64,000 bases of DNA, taken from positions 62,682,001 to 62,746,000 of the forward strand of contig CM097886.1 in NCBI GenBank assembly GCA_044892525.1, read 5' to 3'. Numbering within the stretch: the first letter of the stretch is position 1; the number at the start of each line of letters is the position of its first letter. A program made the translations under genes and the position numbers. Below are positions 53,701 through 64,000 of this stretch, one piece after another. The notes beneath the pieces were generated by a model. The model made no database searches. It was not told where the DNA came from and saw nothing but the letters and a program-made list of their open reading frames with translations. The stretch comes from Schmidtea polychroa (Eukaryota).

Positions 53701-56700
53701 CGGTCAGTACTGAAACAGTCGGGACTGATTTGACCAGGACTGAATCGGTGGGACTGAATAGTCACGGACCGGTTAATTATATATGATTAATAGGTAAATA
53801 TTTATAATTAATTATCAAAAAAATAATAAATTCAAAAAAACCGTAAAATTATAAAGACAAATTAAATTACCTTTGGGAAAAAGGCCATCAGATAAATTTC
53901 TAAAAAATGACTTAAGAACACCACTTATGGCATGAAGATCGTTCCATTTATCGGTTTGAACATCAATTTCGGAAACGGGCTATAATATGATGAAAATAAA
54001 AAATCCCATAAGTAATTTAATCTTTACTTTGCGTAGTTCTGCGCAAATATAATCAAGAGCAATTTTGTTTCCTGATACTCTATAAAGACCTACATGATTC
54101 ATTCCGTAATTTTCGATTATTGATATACACAGTTCAACAGTCAAGGGAATTAACTGAAAATACAATAATTATACTAAATATTTATTTTATAACATTAATA
54201 GATTTATAAAATTGAAATAATAATAATAATACTGCACACTTAATCGACGTTTTAGGTGTTCCCATGATATGAGATTCAATTTACTATTAATATAATTAAA
54301 TTCAGGATGACTTAAGGAATGCCAATCTTCTATATTAACTCTACTGTGTTTTCGCGGAAGTTTTACTACTTTTATGGAGGTTTATTTTACTGCTTTCAGA
54401 ATATTTATCGATTGGCGAGTTGAGACCAACAGCTTCTACATTTCAGGTCTTAACAGTTCATTGTGTGAACTAGAGCATGACTGATTGGACTTTTCCCGAT
54501 TTCCGATGGTACCGAGTGTAAACACAGCGGATTGTTTTAGAATTTAAAATTTTTTACTTATTGCTTTGTTTTCTTGTGAGTGTTCAGGTTTCATACCGTC
54601 CTAATGACAGTCAGCCAGTCACTGATGACAAGTAAGTACAGATTACTAGCTTATGGGAGTACAAACGAAGAGTTTCAACAATAGAAAATGAACATTCAAT
54701 TTTTTAAACATAAATAATCATATAAAAGTAATCAATAATCACAGGAGCAAATTAATATATTTGTTTTTGGACTTTATACTTTGTTGTCAAGTCAGACTAA
54801 TGCAAAATTCGGCGAGTATTCCGAATTCCTGAAGTTGAAAAATTGGCGCTAGATGGATGGCCGATTGCCCACTGTCCTATTAATTGGTCCTATTGTGAGT
54901 ATTGTGATTTATCGGTCAAACTCTTAACTGAATCTCATTCCAATTTAATTTTGACATCATTGAACCCTTAATAAATTTATCATTGGAAATTTTCTTTCTT
55001 TCAATTTAGTTTTCGAAATTTAAAATCAGCTTCTCTAATACCGTGATTTTTTGCCGACGTTCATTGAAGGAAAAAATTGAGTAAGTAAAATTTTGGAAAT
55101 CAAGTTTTTCTTCCGTTCAATTTGAGGTTTGTTTTTTTACTTATTGCCAAAAATAGAAAACGAACAATTTTTATTACTTTCTTGAATAAATAATTTTTTG
55201 AAATCATTTAGCAACAGAGAACCAATTCCACAAATTTCACTATTTGAATGTTTCGACGATAGAATTTTTGACATTTCTCATTGCTATGAAACTCTTTTTC
55301 GGATTAGGTTATGCAATTTCTTTAATTCTGAATTTTCGATGCTATAATATTGTTTAATATTGCACTGAAATCTTTGAACATAGTTTAGTTTCATCAATAG
55401 ATTTTGTTGAGAATTTATATTTGTCGGTTCTATTCTTGCTTATAATTCAATTATTTTCATTTAAGCATTAAGTAGCCTTAATAGAGTCAATAAACATTGC
55501 ACTTATATAGAACAATTAACATAACATCACATAAATATTTTAAATAAAGTTTTTACACCTAGTTTTAAAAAAACGGATTCAGTCTAACAATTAGAGAAAT
55601 TCTTTTGATTAATTTTAATTTAGACTCTTCTCATAATGATATTCCAAATATAAATTCAAAATTTATTTTAATTATAATTAATTAATTATATTTATTTCAT
55701 ACCTGAACATACCAAAAATAGAGAATAACATAATTTTCCAATATGATCAACAAATTGACTATGATGTGTAATATCGAACTAACTCATAAAAATAAAGAAA
55801 AATTATTTTAAGTACTTGATTGGGGTTTGAGCTCAGTTTTGTATACAATAATGAGTACGTGTAAGTTTTATTATAAGTATTTCAAAACATGCATGTGTGA
55901 CTAAAATAATTTCTTGATTATAAAAATATGAAAAATATAAGAACATAAATTTAGAAAGGAACAAATAAAAATTATTACAATAAAATTCTTTGGAAACTGC
56001 AACTGAACGCCGAGGATCTGATTGTGTAGAATGTAGAGACAATGGTTAAAAAACCCAAACTATTTAGAAGAAACTTTTTTGCTGAAAATCCACATAGTAA
56101 GTTGAAGTAGAAAAATTATTTTTCACATAATTTTTTGAAGATGAAAAAAGATTTTTCCAACTCTTTAAAACTCTGAACTTAACACTATATTTCGAGTACT
56201 TAAAAGTGGAATATATTTTAATATCGTCTTAAAAATCAATAAATTTTTTGAAGATCAAACAACTTGTCGTATTTTATACTTTAATTAAAGATATTTCGTT
56301 TTGAATCACAATTTGTACATTTTCCCATTAAAATCTTTAACCTTCACTTTTCATCAGTTCTCAATTTACAATTTCATTCGAATTTGTGTTAAATAAAAAA
56401 ACAAAGCATAGTTGGAAAAAAGAAATTTTATTCACATAATTTTTAAAAATTTAAATCATAATTTTTCAAGTTAATTTATTAAAATTTGACATTAAATCTT
56501 TTAACAGTTTGTAATAATATAAAAGCTGAACATATTACAATTTACATACAAAAATTAATCATATAATTTATAACATTTCTACACTTTTTCGTCCCCGGAC
56601 GATTCATCCACGGTCTGTTCATCTAATTTTATATTAGAAAAAAGAAATAAAAATAAATTAATTAAAAAATTTACTAACATATTTAAATCAAAGGAACTAA

Positions 56701-58352
56701 AAAAGAACTAAATAGATTTTAATAGTTGCACAAGTGTCAACTGTGCGACAAATGTGCAATTGCTCTAAGATATATAGACACATTTGTTCTTCCGTATCCT
56801 GCAACATCACGCCTGACTCTGCCAACCAATTCACGATATTTCTTGACGCCAATTTCCTAGATTCCAGTAGCTCCTTGTATGAATGCTGTCTTCCTTTTTC
56901 TGGCGATCTTTCTCCAGCCCTTCGATCAGTAACCAGATTGAAGGATGAAGACACATGAATAATGATCGAATTTCGTGATACCAGCCTTCGACAATGTTTG
57001 TGGTTCGTGCGGTTCCGTCACCAGCAGACTCGTACTGATTCCATGTTGGGATTAGAAATGTCGCTGAGCCATAATGGTGTCCACTAGATGAACAGTCCAC
57101 TGGATATGTCGTCCGTGGATGAATAATCCGGGGACGAAAGTCCTAGAACCCAATTTATGACAGACCATGCCTTTTCCAACCTTTTTACACATCGATATTT
57201 TGTGTAATATTTCACAAAATATTGATCAGAAGTTATTTTTTATTGATTATTATAATCCATTAATCAATGATGATATTCAGAAGGAAAATAAACAAGTTTT
57301 AAAAACAAAAATGACAATAGAAAATCGATTTTCACAAACGAAATTCTGAAATTTTCATTCTCGAGAAGTAACAAGCGTAGCAAATAACGCTACAAAATAT
57401 TGCAAATGAAATTTAACGAAGAGACTAAAATAGATTATTCTGACTTTTATCAAAGAATCGTTCTTAAATACTCACAAATGTAATGAACATTTATTAATGA
57501 TTTGATGAGTGAAAAAATGAAAACCATTTTTTGATCGCTTTTTATCATTTTAAAAAGGAAATCCGATTGACTGATAGAATTAATAAAAATATCACTAAAA
57601 ATAACCGATAAATTGCAGATTGAATTTCTAAAATTTATCATTTTAATTCTGACAGCAAATAATCAAGATAATGATTTAAAATGAAAAAAATTAATTTCAT
57701 TTTTAAAGATATTTGGCATTTAGCACATTGTCAACCGGTGTTACTAAAAATAATTTTATTTTACTTTTTATAAATCCTTTATATTCACTTCGCTGGCGTT
57801 GAATGTATTTTGCGAGGACTATTTAACACACTTCTAGTCATCCAATCGAACGGAAACTTAACAAATATACACACCAACACATCGAAATTGTGTTTACAGC
57901 GCTAAAATTTGAAATTTAAACGGTTTTTAAAATTTTGAAAAAAAATTATGAATTTGAAAATGATTTGAAACTGTGAGATATTTTGCATATAAAGAATTTA
58001 TACTAAAATCTGTGTTTTTATTGGTTGATTTTTTTTCATAATTAACTATTAAAATGAAGTTAAGCTCTATATGAATAAACGAGATAATAAAATATTTATC
58101 GAAAGTATTTTAAACTAACATATGAAGTTATACTCCGCTGCCATTTATGTAAAGGCAATGGCGCCATGTGACCGTATTCAAAAGACTGGATTTGTTGTTT
58201 TGAATCGTTACTATTGCCTTGAAGTGTAAAACTGCCCCCATCTATACTACCATGCATATCTTCACTACATGAAGAAGATCCAACTAATTTGCCATGAATC
58301 GTTGGACGATTAAACCACTCCTCTTGTTGACGTTCAAATTCGCTTACATGAC
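45341..58352 (-). CDS. RhoGAP-domain protein, ARHGAP21/23-like (5' part not resolved)
   Basis: Exons 54153-54028, 53979-53871, 51180-50885, 50573-50402, 48106-47911 and 45686-45341 splice in frame: LIPLTVELC...GLYRVSGN (arginine finger), DVQTDKWNDLHAISGVLKSFFR, NKMNAKNLAVIFAPTL, LIKHHKWLF. Candidate upstream exons 58352-58120 and 56059-55979 are less certain. Confidence 0.85.
45880..46510 (+). mobile_element. Degenerate pogo/Tigger-like transposase 3' remnant
   Basis: GC-richer island with eroded AVDKAVRLA...EGTTDMTRSDVDE-like translation and stops; assignment by recalled similarity only. Confidence 0.4.
46728..46763 (+). mobile_element. Helitron-like 3' end
   Basis: GC-rich subterminal stretch ...GCGCGACGGGTATAACA followed by CTAG then T. 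Confidence 0.45.
46882..47211 (+). mobile_element. Non-autonomous Helitron-like element
   Basis: 5' TCTAATATATAAAGATGAAAGTTTTTTTGTTTGTT; 3' GCAACGCCGGGTACCCCAG plus CTAG; no TIR or TSD. Confidence 0.6.
49561..49874. mobile_element. piggyBac-like MITE, 314 bp
   Basis: TTAA-CCCTTT ... AAAGGG-TTAA; internal GACGTGTATACACGTC palindrome. Confidence 0.85.
50614..50696. repeat. (TA)n microsatellite in a RhoGAP intron
   Basis: About 41 units read directly. Confidence 0.97.
52210..52554 (+). mobile_element. mariner transposase 3' remnant with probable 3' TIR
   Basis: SPDI..SDYHLFQSLSH...F.SEEEV...EKLTERWLQVIENDG (YSPDLAPSDY motif region); ends before TA. Confidence 0.8.
53054..53771 (-). mobile_element. 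Mutator-like (FLYWCH-type) internal-deletion element, 718 bp
   Basis: TIRs longer than 100 bp; perfect 9-bp TSD GTTAATTAT; ORF 53126-53491 with CKARIH...HSH (FLYWCH-like). Confidence 0.88.
56574..57151 (-). mobile_element. Mutator-like internal-deletion element
   Basis: TIR TTTCGTCCCCGGA..ATTCATCCACGG; 9-bp TSD AATTTATAA/AATTTATGA; WNQY...RTTNIVEGWY...HPSIW MULE transposase C-terminal motif. Confidence 0.82.
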
Positions 58353-59049
58353 CTTTAATCACAAAGTATAACAACTAATTATATTAAAATCAAATTACTA
58401 GATGCAAATTTATATTTCAATTTTTTCACACGTGACATTGTTTGTTGTATCACATTTTTGTTTGTTTGAGGAAATGTTATTGGAATGACAGCTGTTGTAG
58501 TTGTATTTGATTGGAGATTTTCTTAACAAAAATACAAAATTAATCGAATTGGAAAATGTAAAACGAAATTTTTATTATTACCATAAAATTAAAAACTAAA
58601 TACCTCTTAGGAACATTTTACATTTTTCAAAAAATATTCTCAATACTCACTAAAATCTTTAATTAAAATTTTTCTTTTCAACTCATTGATTGAAAAGAAC
58701 AGTTATTATATTGTTTCGATGACCGAAAAAAACATCAAAAAAAATGTGAAAACTAATCAGACTATGAATTTGTAATAATCTCAAAATATCACTAATTTTT
58801 AATTTTGTTGGAATATTATATATTGCGTAGTTTTTCTTTTGTCATACTGGATTTATTTGGAATTTTAGCAAATTTTTGTAATATTCAATCTAATTATTAA
58901 CCATTCTTAGATCGAGACCCGAAAATATTGTTTGCTCTTGCTACCATTTTACGTCACTGTTTGTAATTTATTTGAACGTCACGGACAAATCAACATTCAG
59001 TAATATTTGATAACACAACATTGTTAACTGGAGATTTAAATTTCTACAC

Positions 59050-59297
59050 CAGGGGTGGGGAACCTTTTTATTTCCATAGGCCACATTGAAATTTGTCGCC
59101 TTCAAATGAGACCGCAGTGAAAAAGTATTTCGTTTATATTTCGTTCTTTGTACTTGGCTTGATGCTTGTACAGTACGGTGTATATACAATTCAGTAGTTA
59201 CAAGCATTTTTATTTGTAAATCCTCAAAATTCATGGTTTTTTATATAAATTAAGATTTATTTTGATGGCTCCGGAGGCCGCATGTTCCCCACCCCTG
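59050..59297. mobile_element. 248-bp hAT MITE, deletion derivative of the 4019 family
   Basis: TIR CAGGGGTGGGGAAC / GTTCCCCACCCCTG; perfect 8-bp TSD TTCTACAC. Confidence 0.92.
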
Positions 59298-61983
59298 TTC
59301 TACACCACTAGATAATAATTTAAACATTTGATTTTTCGATTATTCATATAATAATAAATTATAAAATTCAAGTGCCATAACCTTAGAATTAATACAATAT
59401 TCTAAAAACTTCAGTCGAACAATACAAAATTAACTTGGTTCTTATAAGTCAGTTCCCTTCATTTGAATTACCTTTCAAATTTTAATGTTTAACATGTAGT
59501 AATTGAATAAAAATTCTTTTAATTTAATTTAAAAATAATATTTTATTTAAAATATTCAAAATATTAAAATTTCAAAAATTTGCAACATTTTAATTCGAAA
59601 TCAATATGTATGTGCCCTTCAAAATCATATAATAGTTAGTAATTTATAATAAATACTTCTAATACTGTACTTTTATACGCTATGATACCTATTAATATAA
59701 AATATACTATACAATACCCATTAAGGAAATACTCCTGCCAAAATTAACAATTATATACGTACGTAAAGGAGAAATTTTTAAGCATTTATTATATAATTTT
59801 AACCGATTTGTATGATTTAAAACCTATTTTATTATTTCTGTGTTTACAATCTATGTCTGCCTAAATGGATTTTGTATGATTGAATTAAACAGACTGAACA
59901 AAAATGTGTTTAATTGATTATATATTGGGGGTTCTTAGAAGGTAATTTTAGAAAAATCTGAGCAAATATTCTAATTTTCGTATTCTCCATTAATATATAA
60001 GCCTTCTTTTTATTTTATCACTCTTCAACTAACGATCCATAATGGGTTCAGATTTTTTTAAATATTATGATTTGTTGATTAAATTAATATAATAATTTAT
60101 GGGCCTACAAGTTTAGTTTATCCATCTAAACTCCAAACGATATGGTGAATGGGAATATTCAATAGTGAACATAAAAACAACGAATTACTATATAGTAAAG
60201 CTCCTGCACAATTTAAATAAGAAAATTATTGGCAAAATCTCTCAATTTCTTTGAATACCACTAGATGTCACTTATTAGCAATACGATGAACAAACAAACA
60301 AAAAAGAAATTAATTTTGAATTTTGTTATATAAAAGCAAACATTGTTTTCTATTTTGTATATTGAATATTTAGAAGATTGAATTCAATTTTAATTTCTTT
60401 GATTCTCTTTATTTGTTTGAAGCGTCCTGTGGAAGCTGTAAAAACACTTACAATTGTAAAAAGTTCTAAGCATATTGGAATCTTTGCCTATTCAAAAAGG
60501 GAAAATTTTCAAGGTAATTTTTCGAGGATAAAGAAATCGAAGAAACAAATTATTCGTTTGAAAAACTTAAAGATCTTTAAAATTTTATTGGTGATTTTAA
60601 AGATTTTATTAATGCTGATTCCAAATATCCAGAAGTTAACACCTCCGAAACCTTTGCCCTTCTTAGTATAGTGATGCTAATTTACGATAATGAAAATGAT
60701 AAAACCTAACATGTATTGAAAAAGAAATAACCATTCAAAAGGGATATTTTGGACGATTTTCAAAGAAAATTATTAAACAATCAAAACAACCAAAAATTAC
60801 CTCGTGTTTCAAAAAGTGACATGTAAATTTTGCTAACCCTTTGTTTATTGATTAAATAATCCAAGTTCATCGAATCCGGATAAAAATATACAGTCATAAG
60901 CAATTTGGATTAAACAAACTTGACCTTACACATTGTTTTGAAAACCCCTTTCACATGGAGAACAAAATTTCTAAAAATCATATTGATGCTAATTACACAA
61001 TTGGAATCTTAACTTTATCATATACATAGTATATGACCTATTATCATTATTTTCTTTGTTAAAAAAACATTACAGCCGACCGACTGCAATCTCAGTCTCA
61101 TTTCCAATTAATAAGGACAAATTTTAATATAGCAAGAAAACAGCCGATGAACTTAACAACGAAATAAATAGTCGCGAAGCAGAATAAACAATTTCTACTT
61201 CTACAGTAGAATGTGTACGACAAAGTTATTTTTAATACTGATAAATATTTGTCATTTCCAATTCCTGAAGATTGGTTCAACCAATGAAATAAAGACAAAA
61301 TAAATTTCAAAAAAACTTTTTACTTCCTTAATATAACATCAAAAATATAACAATAACATAAGAGTTCATGCCATTAATACTATGTATGAAAATAATATCG
61401 AAAGTGTAATATATATATATATATAATTTGTTAAACAGAGAAATATTCAAAAACTATTATTGGATTATCAGCAGATTCACTGTAGTCTGTTATTCACCTG
61501 TTATTATTGAAGCATAAGTTATTGGAATATTTGTAATTCTTGTTGAATTATTCGAATTTAGAAATTATGTTGTCTTATCATTAATTTAATGGGGAGAATA
61601 GATATAATCAATTAGTAATTGCTGTTGATGCAATGAAAAATGAAAGTAAATATTCATAATGACTTAACATCAACGATAATGGTGTCTTATGATATCTAAA
61701 TACTGGATGATTTAATCGTCCTCTTACTGTATTTGTATTTCAGATTATAAACTGAAATAATTAACGACATTATTTAAACAAATGTATTTCTGAAATATAT
61801 TATATTCACGAAAATAAATGACATTTTTCAAATAACTACTTGGCAAGATTAAATAAATTTGACAGCATTATTCGATAGAAAACACTTGATTTCTAGATAT
61901 CATTGAAATACTAATGTTATATTGTCGATTAAAAATAAAAGTTATGATAAATATTTCATTGAATATAATAAATCAGACTTTCA

Positions 61984-62257
61984 NNNNNNNNNNNNNNNNN
62001 NNNNNNNNNNNNNNNNNNNNNNNNNNNNNNNNNNNNNNNNNNNNNNNNNNNNNNNNNNNNNNNNNNNNNNNNNNNNNNNNNNNNNNNNNNNNNNNNNNNN
62101 NNNNNNNNNNNNNNNNNNNNNNNNNNNNNNNNNNNNNNNNNNNNNNNNNNNNNNNNNNNNNNNNNNNNNNNNNNNNNNNNNNNNNNNNNNNNNNNNNNNN
62201 NNNNNNNNNNNNNNNNNNNNNNNNNNNNNNNNNNNNNNNNNNNNNNNNNNNNNNNNN
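61984..62257. other. Assembly gap
   Basis: 274 N bases. Confidence 1.
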
Positions 62258-64000
62258 ATTCTAGCCATAATCTGAGATTTATGGCCGCCAATTAAGTTGA
62301 TTTATTAAATTTTCACACTAGAAATTTTGTTAAATTTAATTTCATCAGATCTCAACTTGTCTGTATAAACAAACTATGTCTGTATTTACTTTTTAATGTA
62401 AAATTGTCATTAGCATTTTTTTACATGTTAAGTGGCATCTAAATTTCTCTTCACTCTATAGAAATGAATTGTTTTATCAAAAATGAAAAATCCAAAACCA
62501 TAATTCCATACATGTAGAATTTAAATTTTTTATATAAGAATGTCTTAAAAATGAACTTGTTTTTAAAATTTCACTTCATTAAAAACTTTGGATTTATAAT
62601 TTCATTTAGATAGAATTTTCTGAACTTAAAAGGGTAAAATAGCTAGGTTTGAGGTTTGTTAGATTAAAAAAGGCGAAATCTTCTAATCCAATGTCTTTAA
62701 GGTTCGTGCAGTCTCATCAATTTACTTTTTTGTTGAAGGTAATGGTCGAAAATGTTTTTATTTATTAAGTTACTTACTTATTAAATTATTTTATTAAGTT
62801 CATTATATTTTAAAATTAATTGCATTGTTGAATAGAATAATAAATACTTAATATGCTGTAAAATTAAAAACGTGATTGTTTACTTAAGAAGTTAGGAATA
62901 AAATCTACCTTTTTAACAATAAATATATAAAATAATTAGAGCTGAAAATTTTGCCATTTCTGCCCAGAAGCACGATAAATGACAGCTCTTTAATTGTTGG
63001 ATTAATCAAAATAAATATAATAAATAAGATATCGTAATTTTTATGATGGATTTTCCTTCTTTTATATAATATAAAAGTATGACTCCAATTATATATTCAC
63101 TATCACACAAAATGATCTTTAATCAACGTCCAGTTAGTTCTTTGATTACAGAACATTAGACCTGATTTCTTCATTTTCTCGTCAACACGACTAAGTTCAA
63201 GATTCCTTTGCATTAAGTTGTTAGAAAAGTAATGTACATTTTTAAGGAACTTAAAATGAAGCAAAGATATGAATTTATTCATAAAATCCAACCATGTTTA
63301 ATACGTTTTTATACTAAATAGAAACTGGGAGAAATATATGGAGAAATTATTTAGATTTCATTAAGTTCTTCAATTTCTTTCAACGCCTTTTTCAATCTAT
63401 GAAATTACGCATTACCTGAATGCAGCAATGCAAGGTTTTAATTCGGGAATTCGGGATAACATATTTTAATCACATATACAACTCGTTTAAGCTTACAACA
63501 GAACTTGGAATTAAAATCTGTGATGAGCTAAAAAACAAACGGCTCACACAATGTATTCTTCGCTTCTAAGAATGTCCATAAAACAAAAGTCAGACATGGT
63601 GAACTGATTTAAAATTTTCTTTATTGCGATACAGTGACACTTTTGTGGTTTGTGGTGAAAAACTTTAGTAATACAAGCTCTATAAATCATTATTCTATTA
63701 TACAATAATTCTTTATAAGTTATTATATTTTGAGGCTATTAAGGCTATTGAATCTTACGAATTAAAAAAAATGTTGAACACATTTAACATCCGGATCAAA
63801 TTCATAAAATTGAAATATAAAAGTTCATTTAAAATTTTAAAAATTGTAATTTTGTTTAAGTTGTTATATTTTTTGAAACATAAAGTAAAGAACAAGAAAT
63901 TAAAAAAAATTCAATTAGAGGAAGAAAAACAAAGAAATACTTGTTAAATTTCGTATTGAAGTAAACATGATCTATTTGAGGTCTAAATATTTCATTAGAT

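Noticed and set aside
61914-62291. Four ORFs full of X
   Set aside because: Artefacts of the 274-N gap
63103-63291. 62-aa ORF as an upstream RhoGAP exon
   Set aside because: No recognisable PH or PDZ motif and no convincing splice-site pair

Overview
Very AT-rich eukaryotic (invertebrate) genomic DNA with spliceosomal introns, many only 45-51 nt long. The composition and short introns are consistent with, but do not prove, a flatworm such as a planarian. Host genes reconstructed by hand: (1) a complete 9-exon FANCD2 on the minus strand (7579-18485, about 1350 aa, all splice phases consistent); (2) two plus-strand copies of RPS3A/eS1 (22385-23218 and 33959-34792) that differ at only 2 positions across exon 1, intron and exon 2 but have unrelated flanks; (3) a third, inverted, promoter-plus-exon-1-only RPS3A fragment about 100 bp downstream of copy 2; (4) the 3' part of an ARHGAP21/23-like RhoGAP gene on the minus strand (45341 to at least 58352). 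Introns and intergenic DNA are full of transposon debris: several hAT types, two Mutator derivatives, Merlin, piggyBac and pogo MITEs, mariner, Helitron and a Polinton polB remnant. There are also microsatellites, a degenerate 93-95 bp array and a 274-N gap. The most interesting signal is the RPS3A trio: apparent concerted evolution plus an inverted 5' copy bracketing one gene. No CRISPR array, rRNA or tRNA was recognised.
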